A stretch of 57,377 nt of DNA, filler included, from Catajapyx aquilonaris (lineage: Eukaryota): the NCBI GenBank assembly GCA_000934665.2. It is 2 parts of 2 records of this genome, joined end to end, with 100 filler letters (N's around TTAATTAATTAA, not from the genome) between each part and the next. Parts side by side here need not be neighbours in the genome. Positions count along the whole stretch, not along the records: positions 1 to 28,566 come from JYFJ02004899.1; 1 more part is not named here. One strand, given 5' to 3'. Shown here piece by piece: positions 9,220-21,961 of this stretch. The translations under genes were made by a program, and so were the position numbers. A model generated the notes under the pieces. That model was not told the origin of the DNA. It worked only from the letters and a program-made list of their open reading frames with translations, and searched no databases. Position 1 is the first letter of the stretch. Every line of letters begins with the position of its first letter.

Positions 9220-12200
9220 ATGGCCCCCGTGGACCTCGAGCTGATGATGGAGACAGTCTTTGACATCAAGCGTCTCCTGCTGGAGGATGTGCTGCCCCGA
9301 TTGGCCTCACTGGAACATATCCCACCTCAACTGGAGGCACTGGAGGAAGGTGTGGGCGCCCTGAAGGAGTGGGCCTGGTGTGGCGGGTGCAGAGTGACCA
9401 GTGAAGAGGAGGAAGAGGGTGAGTTGTTGTTGACCGGGTTCTGAGACACAAGGTGCGTGACTGGAATGTGCTTTATTATCTCTTCAGGTGCAGACGACAA
9501 TCCAGGCGACTTGCCTTCTGAAGCCGCCACTTCAGGCAATGCCCCAGTTGAAAGTGGAGATTCTGCGCCGCTGGGCAACACCAGAGTTGAATCGGACCAT
9601 TGCCAGACGGAAGAGTTAACAGTGGAGGATGATGAAGGCCCACAGCAGGGTTACGAAGACACTGCAGCTGGAAGTTCGTCAAACCCAAGTATATGTCATT
9701 ATATGCATTATTATGGTTTATTATGCATTTATGAATGAAAGGTTTGATGAGTGAGAAATATTGAAGTACTGTGTGTACTTAGGACTATTGTATGGGCCAG
9801 CCACTTGTGATCGCCAAATGAATGACACTGGCCTATATTTTGGGATTGTTATTGACACTTGCACCCTGGCTGAGTTTGTTCTTCTTAATTTTAGAAAAAA
9901 ATTCAAAATGATGATTATTTGTCTACAGATGGACAAGAAAGCACTGGTTGTGAGTTTTCATCCGATGGAAACATCAATTATTGTGGAGATATAGATGGAG
10001 TCACAGGCCAAACTGAGGGAAACTCTCACTCTGAAGCAGAAGTTGGAATTTCATTAAACACTGTGATCCAGGTAAAATGCTTTTCAGGTTGTTTGGCTGC
10101 CAGTGGATGAACAGCTGGGTAAATAGTCAGTGGAATTAGGAGGAGCAACTGATTATGCAGTATGGCTAAACACCAGCAATGTGCAATCAATGCTCAGCTG
10201 TGATACATGGTGTCCCAAAATCAGTTGGGAAAGTTCAACTGATCTTGTGGTAAAACCTTTGGCATTTCTGCATCAGCATAAGATTTTGCAGGATACTGCT
10301 GTTCTGGTTCCATCTGTCAGATTATGTCACGGTCAATTACGGTCTATATAAAGCAATTTAATCCTTGGTTTTTTTTCTCCAGGCCCCTGCAACTGAAATC
10401 TTGAATAACAGTGAACCAGTTCAGGTTGATGGGATTGTATGTGAAGCAAATGGCTCAACATGTGACTCAGCCAGTGGCTCCAAGGGAAGTGTAAACAGGA
10501 GGGAGTATCCAGCTGTAAGTAACATTGTTGGAACAAATTGGAGACTTATTGATCCTCTTATTCTTAGCAAAGTTGGGCCACATGAAAAAAATGTTTCTGT
10601 GAGCATTGGCTGGCCATGGACTATTGTCAATTCTAAAATGACTGGTAAATTAGAAGGCATGCAGTAACAGCTGACTTGTGAACATTTGGACACCATTCCC
10701 GACATCTTAGGCCTAAGGTTCACAGAGATCTCGTCACATTAGCATAATAACAATATAGCACGAGTGGGCAGCGATTCATAAAGATATTTCATCTGCACTA
10801 TGATCTCTCATGTCCTAGGGCGCTGCTTCTGAAGTGTCAGACAACTCTGAACCAAATGAAATTGAGGACTTGCTGTCCACTTCTGATGACACATCCAGTG
10901 AAAATGCAAGCAGAAGAAAGACCAGGAAGAAACGAGGATCTGTATGTATCATTGTGGGGAAAAGGGGCAACATTTTCTCTAATGGGAAATGCCTGGACAT
11001 AATGATTGAGCACAAGTGATTATTATCAGAAAAGTCATTTACATGCGTCAATTTCTTAAGAACTGAAAATTGACCTTTTGTAGGAGCAAAGGATTGAGTA
11101 CAATAATTAAATATTACATGACTGATGTTGGCAAATTTCAGGCTCCTGCATATAAGGACTCAGAGGACAGTGACCAGTCCTACTTGCCTGATGAGAGTGA
11201 CTCTGGGGAGGAATTCATTCCTCCATTTCGCTCAGGTGACGAGGCCTCTACTCTCCGAAAGATGAAGAGAAAGAAGCGAAAAGGAAAGGATCCAGCTATA
11301 AATGACATGGTAGGAACATCAGGGGTAGAATTTTAAAATTTTTGTCCAGATGCAAAGTTTGCACTGTAGACTTTCATCTGGAGTGTGCAAATCCGGGACT
11401 TGGAGTACTTAATTTTTAATTACAGGGTGTAGCCATGTTTAAAAGCAGAGCCAATTGCTCATTTTGGAGTGCAGATGACAATTTTGGAATCCAAATTGCA
11501 CCTTTGCATCCGAATATTTCGACCTCTAGAACATACACGACTTGCAGTAATATTTCTAATCCAGATACATTATTTCATTTCCTAGACTACTGCTTCTGAG
11601 GTCTTAGGCAGCTACGAAGCAGGTGAATTAGATGACCAGGATTGTGATCCGAAACCTTGCTCCGTGAACCCGGTAACATCGGAGCCACTCCGGAGCAGTA
11701 AATCCGGGTCAGGAGCGAGCGGAGCAAGGGTTCGGTTCACAACCCTGGTGGTGACATGCTGCACATTGCAGATTAGTTCTGACTAATAATTATACATCAA
11801 ATGAAAGAGAAAGGGAGTAGAATGCGCATAATTTTTTTCTCTCGCAAATGCACCCAGAAAAACGTGTCGGATTTCATCAGTCACATGTCCCAGAATTTGG
11901 GTCCATTAAAATTAATGGTAATTCAGCAAACATATCTATTCTTTTCTCTCGAGCCATGCATGCTGACGAAGGATTGAAACTGAACATATTGAATATTGTA
12001 TGGGTCACAACTCATGTCACCAAATATGGTCGCTCTTACGCAAATACATCACTAATTGTTGGGGTTTGCACACTTGGACATGTTACTGAGCATTTGACGG
12101 ATGGAGTGCCACACATGTTTCTATGAGTGCATTTTTCAGAAAAACAATTTTCATAGGAGCATTCTACCAGGATGTCTCTTTCATTTGACGCATATGTTGA

Positions 12201-13377
12201 TTGGGTTTTGACCACTTCCAATAACCCGAATAACCGAGAGAAATTACCCAAAAAAGGCCCAATTTCAAAATTTCGCTATTTTCTCTCTCCCCACGGTATG
12301 TCGCAATTTGGCTGAAACTTTATAATTATGCAGGGTTATGGCATATGTGCGTACAGCTATGATTATTTTCAGAAAAATCTGAGATGGTCTATCAACATTT
12401 AGGCCCACTTGATTGGGAAAAACATGCTATATTTGAGGATTTTGGTTTTTTGACTGCCCCTAGGTCAAGAACAAATCAAAGACAAAGTGAATGCCCATTA
12501 TGAGTTACTTGTGACCTTTAAGGAACACGAATATGAAGATGAATTTCCATGGACAGAAAAAAGGCTAATTTTGTTGCATAGTGTTATCATTCATAACTTG
12601 CCATGCCGGATTACATTACAACCATGAAACCGAGACAAAAGATTTGCACCCTGCACGCCAATATTCCTCCACAAAGAAACAGCACTTTATGCTTGTCAGT
12701 TCCAGAATGCCAAGAATCACAGGCAATGTGGCACCCCGTTTAGCCATATGTAATTGTGCCAGGTGGAAGTACTTGAATTCCTTTCCAAGCTATGTTTTCA
12801 CACATTCTTCAAATTTTGTTTATCAATGAGAGGCTCAAGAATGGTGAAATTGTGATTATTTTCAGTCATTGGTAGATAGTGACAGATTATTCAATATGCC
12901 AATTGCTCATTGAAAGAGATATTAAGAAGAGAGAGATATTAATGAAACAATGATTTGCTAAACTAGTTCGACTTGTTCAATTGAGGTAATAATGGGAGGG
13001 GAGGATTTTAGGTACATTAATAATATCATTGATTACACATTTGATGAAATGTTATTTCAAAAATTTTATTGGAATTTACATTGACTTGTTTTAAATGAAA
13101 AAGGAAAATTTGTTGACATCCTGCGCCCCTCCTTTTAAATTTAATTTTTCATTTTTAAAGTCGAGAAAGTTCCTGGAAATGTTACATGCAGTTATTTGCA
13201 AGGGGATTGAAGGGGATGTTAAACGAACAGAGGTATTAACACACACTAAACAATGAGAGTAACCAGACCATAGTGTCGTTAAAAAGAAAAGTGTAGAGGT
13301 GGTGAAGTCCGCCCCCAGGTTAGGGGGATGCAAAAGCATTGTGATGATCTAAAGAAAGAAAATGTATGCCAATAAAC

Positions 13378-13465
<88 letters not shown>

Positions 13466-14275
13466 TTCATCTTGGATTATCAGGAACCATTTGCATGAAA
13501 TGTTTTGCTGGGAAGAGTACAAATGCTCCATGAGGAGTTCCTGTTGATTTTAACCCCAAAATGTCAGCATATTGTAATTTGAAAAGTCTTTTCCCACCTA
13601 CATAGTATTCTTGGTGCTTTTCAGGGCAAGGATAAGCTGGAAAAATCTGAAAGAAAGACTCATCAGAACACCTCTTCCTTACACGGAAATGACAAAGGGC
13701 CTTCACCTGATTTGGACGCCATAAAAAAACAGGGGCAAAAAAGAACCAAGAAGCATCAGTGCATGCTGTGTTATTTCCAGGCTCAAAGGAAGAATGACCT
13801 TGCACGTCATCAGGTAGTTCACACTGGTGACAAACCATATGGTTGCAATGCTTGTGACAAGAAGTTTAACAGAAAGGAAACCTTAAAAAGACACAATGAC
13901 TCTGTCCACATTGGACTGAAGCGTTACTCTTGTGACTGGTGCAGTAGAAGATTTTCTCTGAAAGAAACGCTGGAGGATCACAAGAGGACCCACACTGGTG
14001 AGAGGCCATTTTCATGCATGGTGTGCAAAAAGTCCTTTGCTACAAGTAGTAACTGCAGGCAGCACATGAGAACTCATGATGTTCAAAGAAAGTTGCACTC
14101 ATGCTCCCATTGTAACAAAGCATTCACACGGAAAAGAGACTTGATTTCACATATGAGGACACATACTGGTGAGAGGCCATATTGTTGTGATGTATGTCAG
14201 AAGAGATTTAGGGATGGAAGTGTATTGTTGCGCCACAAGAGAACCCATACAGGAGAGCACGGGACCGCCACTTGA
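9220..14275 (+). CDS. C2H2 zinc-finger gene copy A (6 fingers). Predicted exons 9220-9418, 9488-9688, 9929-10071, 10383-10514, 10819-10941, 11142-11309 (cryptic donor), 13625-14275; ~538 aa; may be a pseudogene
   Basis: GT-AG exons homologous to copy B with open frame; TGEKP-type linkers. Original exon-6 donor lost, exons 7 and 9 not found, exon 8 (from 11586) disrupted by a MITE, finger 7 removed by a net 49-nt deletion. Confidence 0.7.
11320..11528. mobile_element. Old MITE in intron after exon 6 of copy A
   Basis: Ends CAGGGGTAGAA / TTCGACCTCTA (imperfect IR) flanked by GAACAT on both sides; internal GGAGTGCA-type repeats. The right half is also present in copy B (~19450-19590). Confidence 0.5.
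11637..11747. mobile_element. 111-bp MITE (hAT-like, 8-bp TSD) inserted into exon 8 of copy A
   Basis: TIRs CAGGATTGTGATCCGAAACCTTGCTCCG / CGGAGCAAGGGTTCGGTTCACAACCCTG; flanks TAGATGAC / GTGGTGAC. Copy B has the empty site GTGATGAC at ~20337. Confidence 0.85.
13200..13465 (+). mobile_element. Copy-A-specific insertion ending in AATAAA plus (TAT)n, resembling a 5'-truncated non-LTR retrotransposon tail
   Basis: Absent from the homologous intron of copy B (~21070-21095). AATAAA at 13371 is directly followed by the triplet tail. Confidence 0.45.
13378..13465. repeat. (TAT)n microsatellite, ~29 units
   Basis: Directly visible; explains the poly-I, poly-N and poly-L ORFs. Confidence 0.97.
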
Positions 14276-15859
14276 GAATTCACAAACGTGTGTAAATTAT
14301 TCAAATCTAATTTGAAGGAAGAGGTGAGTGGCTCTGAGGAACATATTTTTCTGAGTGCAAGTACTTCCATTCTTACTATGTCATATCAAGAGAATAAAAT
14401 GAGTAAATGCGTTACCTCTCATCAAAAATCAGGACTATTTGGTTGTAATATTATTTAAAGAAAAAATATTCTCTTCAAAAATATACATATTTTGATATAT
14501 GATGATGCAGATCTTAGCTACCAAATGTACCAATTTTCATACAAGAAACATGTCAATTAAAGAATAATCTTTGCGCTATGGTGAGATATTTTGCAAGCCT
14601 CTATGCAGCACAATATAGTGCAATCTACTTTTGCTGGAACAGTTAAAACAGATGTCATTTAACTCCATGTGTCTCCTTTCTTGATCTCAAAGTGGAAAAA
14701 GTTGCAGAATTAGTAATTTGAAATGTGGATTTTTGCAATTAACTAATCTGTTGAATAAAAACTGCATTTAATTTTTTTTCGTCAGGCCTTATCCATTAAA
14801 AATCATGTCACATGAAGGAAACACAATAAATTAATGGGGAGATTTTGTAGTCAGACAGCAAACATTATGTAACATTGTAGGCCTACTAGCTGAATTTGAT
14901 ATGAATTGTGTATAATTTTTGTGTGGTTGACACTTGTCTTGCTAGAGTGAGAAAATAAAATAAAAATCATTATGACATTTTACAAATTAATTCGCAGAAA
15001 TTCCATGTCACCGCTTACGTCAGTCATTCAATGATAATTTTTGCTGCATTGCACCATAACTTTTAGTGTTGCAATACCACAAGCAAAAGTGAAATTCAGC
15101 ATATTTTCCTCTATAATATATTTAGGACTTGTAATAATCAGGATTGGGAAATCATAATTACAGGAGTATTTGGTGTGTTGGTGCACTTCACCGCAGAACA
15201 CTGTTCTTCTGGTCGAGATATGCCTTTGCTTTGTAAACAGACCTGTGGGTGTGGGCAATACGTGCATTATTTCTCATGTTCCCACTCACATTATTGTTTC
15301 TTATGAAACCAGAAGTGATGATGAAAATATTAGTTATGAAATAAGCTGTGGACTGATAACCTTGCAATGATCCTTGCAACAAATTGGGGTTCATAAGAGG
15401 GCTTTCCAGATCTCTGCACCAACACAATATGGTAGTGGACGAATATCTGGTATGCCCAACATGCTGGCAAACATGATCAGACATTTTGTCCATGCTCATT
15501 GGGTGAGAGGCTCTGCAGACTTCCACACTTATTTTGCATGTGCAGACTTTGTGAGCTCGAGCTCTTTAATTATGATTAATTATGCACCCTTATGGTGACG
15601 TAGAGCCTATAATATTATAATAACTTAATTTATTATACAGTAGTAGTAGTTAAAATATTTGTTTGCCCTTGTGTGTTTAAAACGAATTTACAGTTGACAC
15701 CTTACTTCTTAGGTGACAACATGCTGTAAAGTTTGAAACACACAAGCAAGGGCACAATGTGATTTATAACACATATAGGAGCTCTATGAGTATATCTTAT
15801 GCTTATCCTTGCAGTGCAATGACTGGTTCGGCATAACGATGAGCACTTTTACCATCATT

Positions 15860-16780
15860 GTGTGTCCTGTAAGTCACAGATTTTGCACTATTTTAAAAGT
15901 TGTAGATCTAGTACAAAAGTCAAATAAGTTGATGTTTATTGCCTTCTCACTACACAGTAGAACCGTTCACATAGCAAAATATATTTGAGGTAATATTTGT
16001 TTTAAAAGTGTTACAGCCATTTAAATTTTGTCGTGTAAGTCACACTTATGCTGCTGTCACTACAGTTTTCCATTAGTGAAAATGGCACCTACAGTGGCTG
16101 AGAGAAAGAAAAAGCATGTAGCAAATCTGAAGCAAGTAGGGAGGTATGAGCTGTTTAAGAAAAAAGTGCTTCAGAAAAGCAGAAGGAAAGGCGAAATGCA
16201 AAGAAACAAGCTATGACATTTGATGAGTAGAGAAGCTATCAAATAAAGCCAGACAGTTTCATCCAACCACTGCTGCAGAATTTACAGAAGTTGCCTGTAA
16301 TGTTTGACCTAATATTAACATTACATTCATTAGTTCACAGGGCATCAAAGGAAGAACATCCACACTTGATAGGATGTGGAACCCTAATGGAAGAGAAGTA
16401 CTTACCATTCCTGATACTAGAAATTGTCACTACTTTAGTACCCGGGGACCTTATGAAATTGAGTGTTCAGTTATTTCAGACACTACCATTTCTTATGCCA
16501 AAAATTTTTCTTTTTTATAACTGGCATTGTGAAAAATCACTAGTTAATTCATTCAAGGTGTGATATTTGCCTGTAGAATTTACTGTATGAATATTGTATT
16601 AAAAACTTTTTAAAGTTTTATCAGGATGAAAATAGCCCCGCAAATTCTCATGTATCATAGTGTAAATGTTTCACTCACTTAGGAGAAATATTAGTGTTTT
16701 TGACCCGAATTTCCAATATTCTATTCATAAATTTAATCAGAAAGTAATCAGGACAAAAGTGTCGTGTAAGTCAAAAGAAA
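15860..16780 (+). mobile_element. Probable degraded DNA transposon between units A and B
   Basis: Three copies of GTC(G/C)TGTAAGTCA (~15864, 16030, 16761); coding relics MAPTVAERKKKHVANLKQVGRYELFKKK and TIPDTRNCHYF. Family not assigned. Confidence 0.35.
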
Positions 16781-17418
16781 TATTTTTTTTTTGTAAAATT
16801 AATGGCATAACACCAAGTTCACATAATAATACTTTAATTAGGGTCTTTGAAAATATCCACACCCCAATTACACTAACATTTAAGTCACGCGTGGAATTAG
16901 CCATAAACATACTCTAGTTCCAGTCTTTTTTCACTCGGCCCCTGGTTCCAATAGCCCCGTCCTACTGCCAGCACGTTAACCATGCTGAAAGTCCAAAAAA
17001 AATCCCAGTTATTTGCCAAATAACTGGGATTTTGGGACCAGTTTTGCCCTTTCCAAAACCAGTGTTTCGTACATCCCGCCCAATGAACAGCGGTATGAGC
17101 GCACCCTGCCAACTGTTCCTGAGCAGCCACAGCAATGAGACCTCCTGTGTTGGGATGGACTAAAACGTGATTTCATAATAGCAGCGACAGATGTGATTGA
17201 TCTCTCGGATTGATCTACGAACAATATGTTTAAGTAACGCGAATGAAGCGACCCGTGATTTAAAATATTAGTGATTTATAAAGGCGACGGGATTTGAGCA
17301 TGGTTCCGGGAACTCTTTTTTTTCTGTGGGAAACGGGGATTGTTCACGGGTAGGCCAGGTAGGCTGCCGGACCCTTCCGTCTATTGGATTCCCCTGAGCT
17401 GCGGAGGAGGAACAAGCC

Positions 17419-20400
17419 ATGGCCCCCGTGGACATGGAGCTGATGATGGAGACAGTCTTTGACATCAAGCGTCTCCTGCTGGAGGATGTGTTGCCCCGAT
17501 TGGCCTCACTGGAACATATCCCACCTCAACTGGAGGCACTGGAGGAAGGTGTGGGCGCCCTGAAGGAGTGGGCCTGGTGTGGCGGGTGCAGAGTGACCAG
17601 TGAAGAGGAGGAAGAGGGTGAGTTGTTGTTGACCGGGTTCTGAGACACAAGGTGCGTGACTGGAATGTGCTTTATTATCATTTTCAGGTGCAGACGACAA
17701 TCCAGGCGACTTGCCTTCTGAAGCCCCCACTTCAGGCAACGCCCAAGTTGAAAGCGGAGATTCACCAGTGCCTGTGGGCTACATAAAAGTTGAATTGGAA
17801 CAGTGCAAGACGGAGGAGATCACAGTAGAGAATGAAGGCCCACAGGGCTACGAAGACACTGCAGCTGGAAGGTCTTCAAACGCAAGTATGACACTATGAA
17901 TTATGCTCTATTATGCATTTATGAATGAAGAAGCCTGCCAAATGAATGACACTGGCATACATTTTGGGGATTATTATTGCTTACACCCTGGTTAACCGTT
18001 TCTCCTTAATTTTAGAAGAAAAAAAAATACAAATTAATGATTATTTGTCTACAGATGGACAAGAAAGCACTGGTTGTGATTTTTCATCTGATGGAGACAT
18101 CAATTATTGTGAAGATATACGTGGAGTCACAGACCAAACTGAGGAAAACTCTCACTCTGAAGCAGAACTTGGAATTTCATTGAACACTGTGATCCAGGTA
18201 AAATGCTTTTGATGTTGTTTGGCTCTCAATGGATGAACAGCTGGGTAAATAGTCAGTGTAATTAGGAGGAGCAACTGATTATGCAGTATGGCTAAACACC
18301 AGCAATGTGCAAGCAATGCTCAGCTGTGATACATGGTGTCTCAAAATTAGTTGGGAAAGTTCAACTGATCTTGTTGTAAAACTATTGGCATTTCTGCATC
18401 AGCATATGATTTTGCAGGATACTGCTGTTCTGGTCCCACCAGTCGGATTATGTCACAGTCAATTATGGTCTATATAAACCAGTTTAATCCTTGCTTTTTC
18501 CCCTAGTCCCCTAGATCTGAAATCTTGAATAACAGTGAACCAGTTCAGGTTGATGGGATGGTATGTGAAGCAAATGGCTCACCATGTGGCTCAGCCAGTG
18601 GCTCCAAGGGAAGTGTAAACAGGAGGGAGTATCCAGCTGTAAGTAACATTGTTGGAACAAATTAGAGACTTGATCCTCTTATTCTTAGCAAAGTTGAGTC
18701 ACATGAAAAAATAATGTTTCTGAAAGCATAGACTATGTGACCGTGGACTATTGTCAATTCTAAAATGCCTGGCAAATTAGAAGACATGCAGTAACACAGC
18801 TGACTTCTGAACATTTGGACCCCACTCCCCACAGTAGCATAATAATGATATTGATATACCTGCACAAGTAGGCAGTGATTCATGATAAAGTTATGTCATC
18901 TGCACTAAGATCTCTCATGTCCTAGGGTGCTGCTGCTTCTGAACTATCAGACAACTCTCAACCAAATGAAATTGAGGACTTGCTGTCCACTTCAGATGAC
19001 ACATCCAGTGAAAATGCAAACAGAAGAAAGACCAGGAAGAAACGAGGTTCTGTATGTATCATTGTGGGGGAAAGGGGCAACATTTTCTCTAATGGGAAAT
19101 GCCTGGACATAATGACTGAGCACGACAAGTGATTATTATCAGAGAAGTCATTTGCATTCTTCAATTTCTTAAGAACTGAAAATTCACCTTTTGTAGGAGC
19201 AAAGGATTGAGTACAATAATTAAATAGTACATGACTGATGTTGGCAAATTTCAGGCTCCTGCATATAAGGACTCGGAGGACAGTGACCAGTCCTACTTGC
19301 CTGATCATAGTGACTCTGGGGATGAATATATTCCTCCATTGCACTCAGGTGACGAGGCCTGTACTCTCCGAAAGATGAAGAGAAAGAAGCGAAAAGGAAT
19401 AAAGGTATGTTTTACAATAATTCTCTCCCGGGGCATGGCCACTGTATTTTTAATTACCAGTTGTAGCCATGTTTAACAGCAGAGCCAATTGGAGTGCAAA
19501 GTTTGCACTCCAAGGCTAAGTTTGGAGTGCAGATGAGAATTTTGCAATGCGAATTGCACCTTTGCATCAGAATATTTTGACCCCCAGAACATAGAGGACT
19601 TCCTCCCATTTTTTCAGGGATAATGACAATTTGTGGATTTAGTGTGTATTTTTTTATTGCATTGCCATGATTTCCCGCTTAATATTCCAGGTCTGTGGAA
19701 CTGGAGTCTCAGATGATGGAGGGGGAGCGAAGGATGCACCATCCTCATGTGAACCAGCTGGATGCCCAAGTGAAAGGTTGACCAGAAAAGCTACTGTGAG
19801 TAATTTTCTGGTAATTTATTGGATGCTTTCTTAATTCTCTAGAGTCTAGAGTCTAGATTAGCATGTGGAAACCTTGAAAGTGAAGAGTTCTCTGTTTTAT
19901 GTACCCTCCTTGCTGCTGGCAGGCACTCCCTGACAAGTATGGAAATGGGAAATGATTCTTTTTGAGTTCACCAGGGCAATTATTGAATAAAATATCCTTG
20001 CTGGAGTGGATCATTGAAGAGACCAAGTAAAGGGATAAGGTGTGCTACCATGGACAAGTAAAGGATATCTTCTTCATATCTTGAAGTAATTTTTGAATAA
20101 TTATTCACAAGGTCTAAATGCTCCATCCTGTCCTGCTAGCATTATGTCAGGTGAGCAGTAACTGATACCTTTTCACTTACAGTTAGATGCCATTGACATG
20201 GGAATTAGTTAACATGTGTGACATACTGCTGTGTGCCTAGGCCTTAGCCAGTAATATTATTTTCTAACCCTGATACCGTATTTCATGTCCTAGACTGCTG
20301 CTTCTGAAGACTTAGGCAGCTACGAAGCAGGGGAATGTGATGACATCCTGCCCATTGTAGAGTAGCTTCTGAGTTCTGACTAATAGCTCTTTCCAATAAT

Positions 20401-21961
20401 TCTCACCTTCATCCCACACTCCCTCATATGTTATTATCCACCATTGCATTGAGTTTGGTGGATTTCTGCACCTGGCAATGGCATTGTTGTGACAGTATTT
20501 GACAACATATTGTGAAAATGTACACATGTGGCCTTAGCAGCCATTTACGATGGTAATATTTTCCCAATACTGGTTCATACCCACAGACTACTGCATCAGC
20601 AACTGCAGATAAGTGTGCACCAATAGTGAGTGAGGGGGATGTATCAGCAGCTAAGGAAGCATCATGCGACACAGCCCATTCCTCCAGGAGAAGGGTGAGG
20701 AAGAAGAGACAAATCCATGTAAGCGATATGATATTATTATCATTTACAACTTGCCATGCCGGATAACATTACAACAAGTCATTGGTAGTTTGTGACAGAT
20801 TATTCAATATGCCAATTGCTCATTGAAAGAGGTATTGATTAAAAAATTATTTTGCAAGACTGCTTACACTGGTTCAAATGGTGTAATACAATGGGAGGGG
20901 AAGGTTTTAGGTACATTCATATCATTGGTTACACTTTGGGTGAAATGTTATCTCAATAATTCTGTCGCAATTTATATTGACATGAAAATAAATTCTATGC
21001 CCCTCCCTTTAAATTAAATTAAAATTTTTAAAGGAGAAAAAGTTCCTGGAAATGTTACATGCAGTTATTTACGAACCACAAAACTGAGTGCTGGGATTAT
21101 CAGGAATTTGCATGAAATGTTTTGCTAGGAAGAGTAAAAATGCTCCATGTGGCGAGTTCCTGTTGATTTTAACCCTGACATATCAGCAGATTGTAATATG
21201 AAAAGTCTTTTCCCACCTACATAGTATTCCTGATTTTATTTCAGGGCAAGGATAAGGTGGAAAAATCTGAAAGAAACACTCAGAACACATCTTTCTTACA
21301 CAAAAAGGACAAAGGGCCTTCACCTGATTTGGACGCCAAAAAAACCCAAGAGCAAAAAAGAACCAAGAAGCATCAGTGCATGCTGTGTTCTTTCCAGACA
21401 CAATGTAAGAATGACCTTGCACGTCATCAGGTAGTTCACACTGGTGAAAAACCATATGGTTGCAATGCTTGTGACAAGAAGTTTAGCACAGAGAAAAATT
21501 TAAAAAGACACAATGATTCGATCCACATTGGATTGAAGCGTTTCTCTTGTGACTGGTGCAGTAGAAAATTTTCTCAGAAAGAAATGCTGGAGAATCACAT
21601 GAGGACCCACACTGGTGAGAGGCCATTTTCATGCAAGGTGTGCAAAAAGTCCTTTGCTTCAAGAAGTAACAGGAGGAAGCACATGAAAACACATGATGTT
21701 CAAAGAAAGTTGCTCTCATGCTCACATTGTAACAAAGCATTCAAACGGAAAGGCAACTTGATTTCACATATGAGGACACATACTGGTGAGAAGCCATATT
21801 GTTGTGATGTATGTCAGAAGAGATTTGGGGATAAAAGCGTATTTTGGCAACACAAGAGAACCCATACAGGAGAGAAACCATACTGTTGCACTGTATGCAA
21901 TAAAAGTTTTTCTCGGAAATCAGATAGGGACCGCCACTTAAGAATTCACAAACTTGTGTAA
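17419..21961 (+). CDS. C2H2 zinc-finger gene copy B (7 fingers), apparently intact. Exons 17419-17617, 17688-17885, 18055-18197, 18507-18638, 18926-19051, 19255-19404, 19691-19795, 20294-20356, 20587-20718, 21245-21961; ~654 aa
   Basis: GCCATGG start; all introns GT-AG; phases 1,1,0,0,0,0,0,0,0 give a continuous ORF. Last exon encodes seven CxxC-x12-HxxxH fingers with TGEKP/TGERP linkers. Exon-8 donor (GTAGAG) is weak. Confidence 0.85.

Larger units (their letters stand above)
9200..15590 (+). repeat. Tandem segmental duplication unit A (paralogous to ~17400-24390)
   Basis: Colinear similarity of exons, introns, 3' UTR (14280-14970 vs 21960-22640) and downstream block (15080-15590 vs 23920-24390). 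Boundaries approximate. Confidence 0.9.

Noticed and set aside
11790..12830. Copy-A-specific intronic sequence, probably transposon-derived
   Set aside because: Could not define termini, TSD or coding relics, so not called as a feature.
13279..13547. Poly-Ile, poly-Asn and poly-Leu ORFs
   Set aside because: Translations of the (TAT)n microsatellite.
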